64,000 nucleotides of DNA from Candidatus Gastranaerophilales bacterium (GTDB taxonomy: Bacteria; Cyanobacteriota; Vampirovibrionia; Gastranaerophilales; Gastranaerophilaceae): NCBI GenBank assembly GCA_944322615.1, contig CALUPH010000008.1, positions 7,003-71,002 on the forward strand. Reading direction: 5' to 3'. The notes below the pieces were generated by a model. The model worked only from the letters and a program-made list of their open reading frames with translations. It did not search any database and was not told the DNA's origin. This document shows, piece by piece, positions 29,134 to 39,305 of this stretch (positions within the stretch are counted from its first letter, which is position 1; each line of letters starts with the position of its first letter). The position numbers were made by a program, and so were the translations under genes.

Positions 29134-29748
29134 ATGGAGTTATATATGGATAAATGCATTTTCCCGGAAGGTATTCCAACTAAGGCGAAAGAAGAATTAG
29201 AAAAACTATTGAGAGGAAATCAGAATTTTGTAAATGGAACTCCAACAGCAAAAAATATGTGTTTGGAAACCTTAAGGAAATATGCATTTCACCAAGAACC
29301 ATATGCTATAGTTTTAAGTTGTTCTGATTCAAGGGTTGTTCCTGAAATTATTTTTGATTGTGGTATTGGTGAATTATTTGTTATAAGAGTTGCAGGTATT
29401 ACAGCAGGACCAAATGTTATAGAAAGTATTGAGTACGCAGTTAAAAAATTAAAGTTACCATTACTTATTTTATTAGGACATGATGACTGTGGTGTAATGA
29501 AATATGCAAAAGATCATTATCCAAATGAAACAGAAGATTTCAAATCGATAATGTCCTGTGTTTATCCGGTTTTGGATAAAAATGAAGATATAACTTGTCA
29601 TAATTATTTTGCACAGCAACATACAATATGGGTTGAAGATGTTTTGATAAAAAAATCTTCAATAATAAGAAATGCTGTTCAAAATAGCGAATTATATATA
29701 GCGAAATGTCATTTTGACCATTCAACAGGTTTGGTTAATTTAATATAA
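29134..29748 (+). CDS. Beta-class carbonic anhydrase
   Basis: CSDSRVVPE and GHDDCG zinc-ligand motifs. The real start may be the ATG at 29146 (GGAG upstream). Confidence 0.85.
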   Translation: MELYMDKCIFPEGIPTKAKEELEKLLRGNQNFVNGTPTAKNMCLETLRKYAFHQEPYAIVLSCSDSRVVPEIIFDCGIGELFVIRVAGITAGPNVIESIEYAVKKLKLPLLILLGHDDCGVMKYAKDHYPNETEDFKSIMSCVYPVLDKNEDITCHNYFAQQHTIWVEDVLIKKSSIIRNAVQNSELYIAKCHFDHSTGLVNLI

Positions 29749-29858
29749 TCTTTTATAAATAGTAAACTAATGTAAAAATTATATTTTATAATGCATTTGA
29801 AGTAACAAAAAAAAATACGCTTACAATTAATATCTTTGAGATATTAGAAGGATATGCA

Positions 29859-32800
29859 ATGAAAATAAATAAGGCCGAAATGAATGTAAATGCTTTTAAA
29901 CCGAGATTTAAAAGCATAAGAACTGATAAAAAAACAGTCGAACAATTAAAAACAGGTGAAAAACCAATATTAGAAAATAATAGGCAAAATATATATGCAG
30001 CACTCAATAACTTAAGTTCTGCTTCAGACAGGACAAGTATTGAATTTCTTTTAGATGTAGCAAAAAATCTTGCATATGGACAAGGTGGAGATGATTCCGA
30101 ATTTAAAAGTTTTTTGGATGAGGAAGGGTTAACTCCGGAAAACAGAGAGAATACTGATTGGTCAAAAGTTTTAGATGATACAATAAGACGTGCATTATCT
30201 TCTTCTTTAGACAATGTTACGGATTTGGAAGCAGAATATAATGAAATTTTTAATACTAAAAAACCTTTAACAGAACAACAAAAAAAAATACTTGATTTAA
30301 GAAACGATTTTACTTCTTTAATAATAGGCGAAGATTCTTTAAAAGATTCTGAAACTTTGGCAAGAACAGCCAGAGTAAGAAAAAATCTTGATTATTTTAT
30401 TGCATCTTCCGAAATTCCTTTATCTCAAAAGCAAGAATGCCTTGAAAAATTTATTTTCTTTATGAGTGATGAATATAAAATCACTCCGCAATTGGAAGAT
30501 AAAAAATTACAAGTAATGGATGAAATGTTAAATGATATGATTGTTAAAACTCCTCAAGATGATGTTTTAACAATAAAATCCGTTGATCAACGCCAAAGTG
30601 GGATGTGTGCTGCCATTTCTATTTGTAGAAAAGCGATGGCATACGAGGATAAATCAAAATATGTTGATTTGATAATGGAAGAATTAAAAGATTCTCCGGT
30701 AATGTCTGTTTATGATGTAACAGAATTAGGCGCAGGTAAAAAAGTTGATATACCAAAAACAATAATAGATTATGATACCGCTATTGCAAAAGGTTATAGA
30801 ATTATTGATGCATCTGCTCATAATTGGATGCATAATGCTCACGCAAGCGGTGATGGAACAATTCAAACAGAATATTATGTTCCTTTTGATGAAGAAAATT
30901 ATGGAATATTTAACGATTCAAGTTGGTATCTTGGATTAGATCCAAAATATTCAAATGTAAAATCTTTGTTGATGTCTGTAATAAAAGAAAAAGAACTTTT
31001 GAAATCTTGTTATAGAGCAAGAAAAAATATGAGTGATACTTATAATAATCTTACAGCAGTTAAGAAAGAATATTATGATACTCAAAAGTCAGTTAATGGC
31101 AAATTAAGTGAAGTTTTTTCAGATATTTTCCCTGAAAAATCAAATGAGGAAATTTCAAGTTTAATTAAATCTTTAAAAGATTTTTACACAGGGAAAACTC
31201 CTGAAAATGGTCAAAATGTTCCTTCTAAGTTGCCAAAGGATGAAAAACAAAGAATAATTGCTGATTTTGTTATTTCATCTGTACCTGATATTACAGATTC
31301 TCAAAAAGAGAAAATAGTTAAAAATGCTGTTGTATTATTTGCTATGCTTGATGAGTATAATAGAAGTGAACTCCAATTAAAAAAACTAAAAAGTTTTAGT
31401 TCTCCAAGAAGCAAATATTTGTTTAATAAAAAATTATATAATGCAGCTGCAGCTCATAGAATTGCTGTTGAATCTGATGTAAATATGCCTGATGGTATTG
31501 TAAGATTTGAACGATTATCAGGATTACCCCCTAGAGATATACAAATTTCTAATTATTTAAAGTCCATAAAGTCAGGAATAAACTCTGCTAGTGTAAGACA
31601 AAGATTTATTGACGATAAAGGTAATATCCCAACTTCTAAAACACTAGAGGCAGATTTATTGTCTGATACTATAAAATTAGAATCTTTTATACCAAAAGAA
31701 CTTGATTCTATTACAAAGACATTATTTGAAAAATCGGTTACAGATTTAGTTATAACTATATTTGAAAATATTGCCCAAAATGTTAAAGAGGGTGATCGTG
31801 AAGCATTGGAAAATGTTAAAGTAACAATGGGCATAAAAGGTGACAAGCATGATGTTACAGAAAAGCTTAATAAATGGGTTCAAAAACTTTCTTCAAATCC
31901 ATCTAATGAAGAAGTATTAGACGGTATAAGACTTTTAGGCTATGAAGACAGAATGCATTTTGTGTCTGTATTTATGTCTCATTATATGCAATCCTTACAA
32001 GAAGGTATTTCTGAAGAACAATATAATAAACTTGTTAAAACTTTTGGCGGTGAAGATAAAGTTGGCTTGGGTATAGAGTCTCAACGTGAAAAATTTGAAG
32101 CATTGACAGAAGAATATAATTCAATACTTGAAAAATGGCAAATACCTTCAGCAAGAACTCAAATATTAAAACAGCTTGAAAAACAACATTTTATTGTAAG
32201 CCGTACCAAACTTGATATGTTGAAAAATCATTTTTCTTCAATAGAACAAGCAATGGTTGCTAATGAAAAAATCGAGGATTCAAAACAAAGACAAAAAGCG
32301 AATAGTAAATTATATCAGTTTACAAGTGAAGAAACAGAAATTTTTGAATCAATAAAAAAATCTCTATCAAAGATGAAAAAATATTGTGAAATGGAATATC
32401 AGAATTTAAACAATATTTTATATGATGCATTAGAGGATCAGTATTCTAATATTGGTATGTTAAACGGCCAGTTTTGGGTAAGAGAAGAAGGATCTTCAGG
32501 ATTAGCTGCGAATGAACAAATTAGAATTATTGAACAGATGACAGGTAAACCATATCATATGGAAACCGATGCAATAGCTGCCGCCGAAAAAATAAAAAAA
32601 GGAAACGGTAGTGGTATACAGTGTTTAAGTGTTGATGATTCTGATTATGCTTTTCATGCTCAGTATGTTCCCTCGGTTACTACAGAAACATTTACAAATC
32701 CGATTACAGGTAAAAAGATTATTCAAGATGTAATGTGGACAGATAATTCTTGGGGAAAAGCAGAAAAAGAATATTTCTGGAATGGCCGTAATGGATTCTT

Positions 32801-35669
32801 ATATACTGATTACGGTAATGGTTATGGCTGGAAAGATGGATTTATATTAGCTGATGATTACAAAATTGGTCTTCCTGTCAAAGATATTTATGGCGCAATA
32901 GGATACAATAAAGAAGATGGGGATAAATTTGGTTTATTCACAGATGTTGTGCTTCCGGGTGCACCAATTGATTTATACCAAAAACTATATAAAATGTTTG
33001 GTTACATTTTTAATATTGATGAAGGTAAAAAATATTATGCTGCATTAGAAAATGCTATTTCGAGCGGATATAAGATTAAAATAGATGAGCTTGAAGGATT
33101 AGATTCTGTTGCCGAAGCAAAATTAGAAATGCTTGCAAAACGAATTGACAAAGAATTGAAATCAGAAGCGGATTTTGAAAATTTACCTGATGATGACGAA
33201 CTAAAATTTGTATTTAAAAAGTTAGCAGTATATATGTCTACAAATAATCCAATGTTGGCAGATACTGTATTCTCTGTTAATAATAATAAGGATTTGGAAA
33301 CAGTAAAAGATGAAATTTTCCAAGAACATTTAGATGTATTTTCTTCTATCATTGGGAAATCAGATGAAACATTAGAAACATTATATAATTATTCATATGA
33401 TAAATTAAATTCTATATTTGATGAAATAAAAACAACATATGGTCTTGAAATTTCAGAACCTCAAAGAAAAGCAATTCTTGAAGGAATATTCTTTAATGAA
33501 GATGCGTTAGCAAAACATAATGGTACATTATCAGGTCTTGAAAAATATTTTGAAGAGCAGATAGAAAGTAATGCAATTGCTAATATTAAAGATCAAGCTG
33601 CTTTAGATTATTTTATTACGAATGCTAAAAAGATAATATTACAAAGTATAGATGAAAGAGTAAGAATAAAATCTTTAGATAGTTTGCCTATTGTTAATTC
33701 GCCATTAAAAGATGAATTTATAGCTGCCGTTGATAAATATTTGAATCCTTCTTCAGATGAAGAATTATTAACATTGATTCAAGGTTTGCAAATGGCAGAC
33801 TATGATACAGTTGATAAATTCTTTGAAGTGCTTCAACCGGAAGATATAGGTCTAAAGGAAAGAAAACCATATGATTATGTAAAAATGTATTTATCCGGAG
33901 ATTCACCAGTAAGTAAAGCATTCAGTGAGTTGATTTCATCTGAAGAGATATATAAAAACTTACCTGCTTCAAATGATGAACAAGAAGGTTCATCTCCTGA
34001 GGAGTTGTATAGAAGTTTATATGTTAAACTTTCGGAAATGGATGTACAAAAATACATAAAAGCATTTAAAGCAGAGGCTTTTCAAAAATATAAGGTAAGA
34101 CAAGCATTTCCTGAACCTGTTGTTATTTCGGATGAGTCTATTTCTAAAATAGTTGATGGTATGTATTCTTCTATAATTGAACATGTTGATAGTATAGAAA
34201 GTAGTAAATATGTTTATGAAATATTATCAAAATATCATGAAATAAATGATAAGTTTTTAACTCGACCATTATTTACTTCTTTATTAAATAGACAAGATGT
34301 TGTACCTGATGAAGAAAGTAAAGCTGTGTTTAATTCCTTTATTTCTGAAATACTTGAACTTCAGGAATTATCAGGTCTTGATCCATCATTTGAAATTATA
34401 AATGAGCCTTTAAATAAATTAATTAGTGTACTAAAATCATCTGATACTAAGTTTGAAGGCAGAGTTATAGGGCCTGTTTTAAATGAAATAATTTCAATAT
34501 TCTCAGATTTAGAGTCTACCGGAATTACAACCGATAGGTTTGTGCAATTGAAACAGGAAGAAATATCAGCTTTAAAATATAATATTCAGTTAATGGTAAA
34601 TACTAATATTGAACCAAAGTATAGAGATGAAGTTCTAAATGAAATCTATAGACTAATTGATATGTATAGAAAAGGTTACGATGAAGAAACTTTATTATTA
34701 GAAAAAGAAAAAATAAAGGATTTGGTCATAACAAAACATATTGTAAAAAATCCAACGGTCTTGTTGAAAGAATGTGTAAGATTGCTTCAAGATGGAAAAC
34801 AAAATACTGATGAGTATGAAATCCTTAGAGCATATTTGGAAACTGCTCTTCAAGTAGCACAACAGACAAAAATTCAATATAAATTAGTACAAAACCAGCA
34901 TGAAGCAATAAGTTCAAAAACAAAAGATATGCTATCTATGTTTTGTGTAACAATGAAAGACGGTAAAAGAGAAAACATGGATTCGGAAATCGGTATGTTG
35001 TACTTGATTGAACAATTGAAAAATACAGGTGATAATTATACTATATTGAACTTATTTTTAGAACAATCAGGTCTGTCACAGCAGGCATTAAATGCATTGA
35101 TTAATAATTTCGAAATACAAAAAACTAATGATTTAGTTCAAGAAAAAGCAGAAGAAATTAAAATTGATTTAGCTGCATTAGACGAGTTGGCTTCATTAGT
35201 TGGAAAGTATACTGAAATAAATAAAGGGAATATAAAATCTTTGCCTGATTCTGTTGAACAATTCAGATTATATATTGAGCGTAAGCTAAAAGGTAAAGAA
35301 AATATTTCAGTATTTTCAAAATTTGTAAATTATATTGATTCAATACAATATACAGATGCATTGAAGGATACTAACTCAACAATGATTGAGCCATTGACAA
35401 AACAAATTATAGAAGATGCACTTCAATATGTAGCTGAAGATATTAATTCACAAATGAAATATATTTCAGATATATCTTCTATGTTAAAAGAACGAATAGA
35501 ATTAATTGCATCAATACGAGTTCCTTCTGAAAGTGAAGCTTATAAAAATAGGACAGACTTCTTCCATAAATATGAACAAGTACAAAATTATATTTCAGAA
35601 GAATCTAAGAAAATATTTGATGCACTGGGAAATTCTGAATTTTTGTCAGCACAAATGATTCCTTGCTAA
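29859..35669 (+). CDS. Giant (1936 aa) protein with split C1B (aminopeptidase C / bleomycin hydrolase-like) cysteine peptidase motifs and a long helical C-terminal extension
   Basis: Uninterrupted 5.8-kb ORF with an AGGA RBS 6 nt upstream. DQRQSGMCAAIS (Cys250, codon 30606-30608), FHAQYV (His933, 32655-32657) and DNSWGK (Asn963, 32745-32747). No signal peptide or TM segment seen. Confidence 0.8.
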   Translation: MKINKAEMNVNAFKPRFKSIRTDKKTVEQLKTGEKPILENNRQNIYAALNNLSSASDRTSIEFLLDVAKNLAYGQGGDDSEFKSFLDEEGLTPENRENTDWSKVLDDTIRRALSSSLDNVTDLEAEYNEIFNTKKPLTEQQKKILDLRNDFTSLIIGEDSLKDSETLARTARVRKNLDYFIASSEIPLSQKQECLEKFIFFMSDEYKITPQLEDKKLQVMDEMLNDMIVKTPQDDVLTIKSVDQRQSGMCAAISICRKAMAYEDKSKYVDLIMEELKDSPVMSVYDVTELGAGKKVDIPKTIIDYDTAIAKGYRIIDASAHNWMHNAHASGDGTIQTEYYVPFDEENYGIFNDSSWYLGLDPKYSNVKSLLMSVIKEKELLKSCYRARKNMSDTYNNLTAVKKEYYDTQKSVNGKLSEVFSDIFPEKSNEEISSLIKSLKDFYTGKTPENGQNVPSKLPKDEKQRIIADFVISSVPDITDSQKEKIVKNAVVLFAMLDEYNRSELQLKKLKSFSSPRSKYLFNKKLYNAAAAHRIAVESDVNMPDGIVRFERLSGLPPRDIQISNYLKSIKSGINSASVRQRFIDDKGNIPTSKTLEADLLSDTIKLESFIPKELDSITKTLFEKSVTDLVITIFENIAQNVKEGDREALENVKVTMGIKGDKHDVTEKLNKWVQKLSSNPSNEEVLDGIRLLGYEDRMHFVSVFMSHYMQSLQEGISEEQYNKLVKTFGGEDKVGLGIESQREKFEALTEEYNSILEKWQIPSARTQILKQLEKQHFIVSRTKLDMLKNHFSSIEQAMVANEKIEDSKQRQKANSKLYQFTSEETEIFESIKKSLSKMKKYCEMEYQNLNNILYDALEDQYSNIGMLNGQFWVREEGSSGLAANEQIRIIEQMTGKPYHMETDAIAAAEKIKKGNGSGIQCLSVDDSDYAFHAQYVPSVTTETFTNPITGKKIIQDVMWTDNSWGKAEKEYFWNGRNGFLYTDYGNGYGWKDGFILADDYKIGLPVKDIYGAIGYNKEDGDKFGLFTDVVLPGAPIDLYQKLYKMFGYIFNIDEGKKYYAALENAISSGYKIKIDELEGLDSVAEAKLEMLAKRIDKELKSEADFENLPDDDELKFVFKKLAVYMSTNNPMLADTVFSVNNNKDLETVKDEIFQEHLDVFSSIIGKSDETLETLYNYSYDKLNSIFDEIKTTYGLEISEPQRKAILEGIFFNEDALAKHNGTLSGLEKYFEEQIESNAIANIKDQAALDYFITNAKKIILQSIDERVRIKSLDSLPIVNSPLKDEFIAAVDKYLNPSSDEELLTLIQGLQMADYDTVDKFFEVLQPEDIGLKERKPYDYVKMYLSGDSPVSKAFSELISSEEIYKNLPASNDEQEGSSPEELYRSLYVKLSEMDVQKYIKAFKAEAFQKYKVRQAFPEPVVISDESISKIVDGMYSSIIEHVDSIESSKYVYEILSKYHEINDKFLTRPLFTSLLNRQDVVPDEESKAVFNSFISEILELQELSGLDPSFEIINEPLNKLISVLKSSDTKFEGRVIGPVLNEIISIFSDLESTGITTDRFVQLKQEEISALKYNIQLMVNTNIEPKYRDEVLNEIYRLIDMYRKGYDEETLLLEKEKIKDLVITKHIVKNPTVLLKECVRLLQDGKQNTDEYEILRAYLETALQVAQQTKIQYKLVQNQHEAISSKTKDMLSMFCVTMKDGKRENMDSEIGMLYLIEQLKNTGDNYTILNLFLEQSGLSQQALNALINNFEIQKTNDLVQEKAEEIKIDLAALDELASLVGKYTEINKGNIKSLPDSVEQFRLYIERKLKGKENISVFSKFVNYIDSIQYTDALKDTNSTMIEPLTKQIIEDALQYVAEDINSQMKYISDISSMLKERIELIASIRVPSESEAYKNRTDFFHKYEQVQNYISEESKKIFDALGNSEFLSAQMIPC

Positions 35670-35710
35670 AATAAGTAAAAATATAGTAATATGTTAGCAA
35701 AGGAGAAATA

Positions 35711-35986
35711 ATGAAAAAGATTATAATTTTGTCTTGTACTTTTATCTTTTGTGCATTGACGATTTTGCCTTCTTATGCGGTAAACATAGGTACCTATAAG
35801 ACTGAAACCGAATATGGTCTATTGGACGGATTCAAGGTAAATTGGAAACGCAAAGATAAAAGCCAGCCATTTATTGAACCACGAGAAGAATCATCAAAAA
35901 AGGAAAAAGAAAAAGAATTAAATTATTATAAAGAATCAGAATACGAGCGTACAAAATTTATGTATGATGGTAAAGCTATTCTTTAG
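35711..35986 (+). CDS. Small secreted hypothetical protein
   Basis: 91 aa with signal peptide MKKIIILSCTFIFCALTILPSYA and a GGAG RBS. Lies 41 nt after the giant gene and before a terminator. Confidence 0.55.
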   Translation: MKKIIILSCTFIFCALTILPSYAVNIGTYKTETEYGLLDGFKVNWKRKDKSQPFIEPREESSKKEKEKELNYYKESEYERTKFMYDGKAIL

Positions 35987-36005
35987 TTTTGCTAAAAATT
36001 AGTAT

Positions 36006-36039
36006 AAAAAAAGAGGAACTTTTTAAAGTTCCTCTTTTT
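36006..36039. terminator. Bidirectional rho-independent terminator
   Basis: GAGGAACT / AGTTCCTC stem flanked by an A-run and a T-run, between converging genes. Confidence 0.65.
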
Positions 36040-36051
36040 AGTTTTAACTTA

Positions 36052-37797
36052 TTATAATATGTTTGAAGTAACGGTGAAGTGGAATCTACAAGTATCACGG
36101 TCTCTGCTGTTTGCATAATCTGGTAAACGCTTACCGATTGGGAAGCCCCAATACATATTTGCAGAAATATATTTAGTTAATTTAACAACAATACCAGGAC
36201 CTGCACTCATTAAATAATCAGCACTGCCATCAATAAATCTGTCACCGAACCAGCCGAAATCATAGAAACCGGCAAGTTGTATACTGTCACTAATAAATGC
36301 GTATTTTTCAGGTAGTAAAGCCTTTAATCCAGGAATTGGCATTCTGTATTCAAAGCTAGCTGTAACACCATAGTCACCAATACGGAAACCTTCATCATAA
36401 CCTCTTACACTAGCTATACCACCAAATTGCATAGCTTCTGATGCATATAAGTGTCTGTTAGCGTATTGTCCGTTAACTTGTAAAATAGCCAAATGATTTA
36501 ATGGTAAAACTTGTAAACGCGCAGCACTTGCATTTAATTTTACGAAATTGTTGCTGGACATATCTCTTGCTTTGTTATAGTCAGAAGCATCAATAGGAAT
36601 ACCGCCTGCAATACCACCATTAAATAACCATCTTCCATAGTAGTCATCTTTAACATCTGTTAAAGTAGCTCTTAGAACTCTTGTTCTGTATGCGGAATTT
36701 AACTCAGGGAAAGCACCTGAAGTCATTTCAGTGTTACGCATATCTAAAGTGATATCACCATATAATCTAAAGTCTTCGCCTTGAGCTAATCTTCTTGAAA
36801 CACCAACGAATACATCATGTGATTCACCTTTTAGATTTAAATATTTTAAAGATTTTCCAAGTCTTACATTTGAATAAGAATAACCAACATTCAATCTTGT
36901 GTCATTTGCTGCTATAGGTAAAGAGTACATACCACCAACACCAAGAGAACGAGATGATAATGCAACTGTACCCATTAAGGTATCACCATGGCCTGTTACG
37001 TCGTGTAAACCGGCATATAATACACCTCTTTGTGTTCCGATTAATTCTCTACCTTGGTTATCATATCTAATATCTAAATTGAGAGGAAATCTGTCTTTGA
37101 CATCTAATGTTACGTCTGAAAATTCTTCTGATTCTTCATTATCAGCGAAAGAAACAGCACCCTTCATGTATTCTTCAGTATTCATTTCTGTTAAAGCGTT
37201 ACGAACATCTTTAACATTTAAAATTTTACCGGGTTCGATATTATTATCTTTTAGATAATGTTTATTAAGGTAAGAAGCTCTTTCCCATTTTCCTGGATTG
37301 ATTTCAACGTTACCATATTTACCTTCCAAAATTTTAATTTCAACAGATCCGTTTTTAACTTTTTGCGGAGGAAGATAAGCAATTGTTGAAATGTAACCTT
37401 TTGCTTGATAATAATCAGTAATATCATTAGCAGACATAATCAGGTCATTGATAGTTACTTCTTGACCTATTTTAAAGTCAACCAATCTCATTAAAACATA
37501 AGTTGGAAATACCGTATTTCCTGTTATGTTAATGTTTTTAAGTTTAAAAGTAACCTGTTCGGTGTTAAGAAGTTCCATTTTTTGACGAACTTCTTCTTCA
37601 ACAACAGCAGGATCTTTTGTTTCTTCATATTTGGTTTTAGCTTGATATTGTTTTGCTTGGATAAAGTTTGTATTATCAATCAAACCGGCATCGTAACTAC
37701 CTTGATTAACAAACGTACTTCCGTCAACAGCAAATGCGCTAATCCCTATGATTGAGAAAGCACAAGCTAAAGTTGTTTTTACAAGTATGTTTTTCAT
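36052..37797 (-). CDS. Two-partner secretion outer-membrane transporter (TpsB; ShlB/FhaC/HecB family)
   Basis: Signal peptide. POTRA region FKLKNINITGNTVFP...YYQAKGYISTIAYLPPQKVKNGSVEIKILEGKYG. Conserved loop-6 VRGY motif (GGIASVRGYDEG). Beta-barrel-like C-terminus ending in an aromatic-rich strand. Confidence 0.85.
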   Translation of the reverse strand: MKNILVKTTLACAFSIIGISAFAVDGSTFVNQGSYDAGLIDNTNFIQAKQYQAKTKYEETKDPAVVEEEVRQKMELLNTEQVTFKLKNINITGNTVFPTYVLMRLVDFKIGQEVTINDLIMSANDITDYYQAKGYISTIAYLPPQKVKNGSVEIKILEGKYGNVEINPGKWERASYLNKHYLKDNNIEPGKILNVKDVRNALTEMNTEEYMKGAVSFADNEESEEFSDVTLDVKDRFPLNLDIRYDNQGRELIGTQRGVLYAGLHDVTGHGDTLMGTVALSSRSLGVGGMYSLPIAANDTRLNVGYSYSNVRLGKSLKYLNLKGESHDVFVGVSRRLAQGEDFRLYGDITLDMRNTEMTSGAFPELNSAYRTRVLRATLTDVKDDYYGRWLFNGGIAGGIPIDASDYNKARDMSSNNFVKLNASAARLQVLPLNHLAILQVNGQYANRHLYASEAMQFGGIASVRGYDEGFRIGDYGVTASFEYRMPIPGLKALLPEKYAFISDSIQLAGFYDFGWFGDRFIDGSADYLMSAGPGIVVKLTKYISANMYWGFPIGKRLPDYANSRDRDTCRFHFTVTSNIL

Positions 37798-38157
37798 CGT
37801 TCCACTCTCTATATAACTTTAAATAAATATACCACTATTTTATATATTATATATAATACTACATAAAATTAAAATTATATCAATTTTATTATACTTACTA
37901 TTCCTTTGTTTTGCATAATTTAAACATATGAAATCCGAACAAAAAAAAATTTGCTTTATAGAAACTTAAAAAATAACATATCTTAACATATTGTTCCTGT
38001 TTCATTTCAATGATTGTACAATTTCTTTAAAGTTTAAAATTAATAATAAGTTTTATTAACATTTGATATAATTGTGGCAAATAATTTTTTTAGGGATTTT
38101 AAAGCTAGCATAACAATTTTTCAAATGTGCATTTTATATCAAAGAATGGAGAATAGG

Positions 38158-39305
38158 ATGAGAAAATTATTGAGTGCAGCAGTTGCTTTTGGTGTTTTAG
38201 CCTCAACATCTTTAATGCCGATTGCCTATGCAGATGTTGCAGTGAATGCGTTACCAAGTTTGGATAATGCAATTAATGCAAATGTAACAACAAACGGTTC
38301 AAATATGAACATACAAATTCAAGGTGGGCAAGGTAGTCTAGGATCATTACAATGGAATGATTTCAATGTGGGAAAAGATGCAAGTGTAAATTACGAATTT
38401 ACAGCACACAACCAAACAGCATTAAATAAGGTTAATGCAACTGGAGGTATTTCTCAAATATATGGACAAATAACTACATCAGGCTGTGCTGGTTGCGGTT
38501 ATGACGCTACAGGTAAGGTTATATTAATCAATCCAAATGGTGTTTTATTTGGAGATGGAGCAAATGTTAATTTGAATTCATTCACTGTATCAACAATGGA
38601 TGGTGAATATGATAATGTTAATCATCAACTTCAGTTAAACAAAGGTGCTGACCAAAGTGATTTTGGTATTGTGGTTGAAAATGGTGCAAAAGTACATGGT
38701 GATAAGAATGTAACATTTGCATCAAATAACATCACTTTATATAATGGTTCAAAAATTTCAACAAATGTAGGTCCTAATGTTGCAGATACATCATATGGAA
38801 AAGTAAAATTGGTTACTGCTGATGGTGTAAACTTCTCATATTATAACAATGGTGCAATAAAAGAAATTTCTGATATTAAAGGTTCTACTGATAAAATGTT
38901 CATTTCAATTAATGGAGATATACAATCAGGAAATATTGATGTAAGAAATTATTCGACTAATGAAGCAAGTGAAATAAACTTAAAAGGTGCTACATTAAAA
39001 GCAACAAAAGCTGTAAAAGGAAATGATGGAAATATTTGGTTAACAGCATCAAACAAAATTGTAGCAGAAGATACAACATTTGAAACTGCAAATTATTCAG
39101 ATGAAGCAGCATCAAGAGAAGGCGGAAATGTAAGATTTTTAGCAGGCAAGAAAGTTTCAGTAGGAACAAGTAAAATCAATTCTGTAGGAAATGTTGATGT
39201 TACTTCTCAATATTATGATGTAGTATTAGATAAGACAGAAGTAGCAGCAGCTAAAGATGTTAATGTAAAAGCTGCAAATATTGCTTCTATACAAAATGGT
39301 TCAAA
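38158..39305 (+). repeat. Duplicated tpsA 5' segment, copy 1 (about 1.15 kb)
   Basis: Aligns by eye with 40911-42055. The 3' third (about 38941-39305) shows only a few substitutions per 100 nt. Confidence 0.85.
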
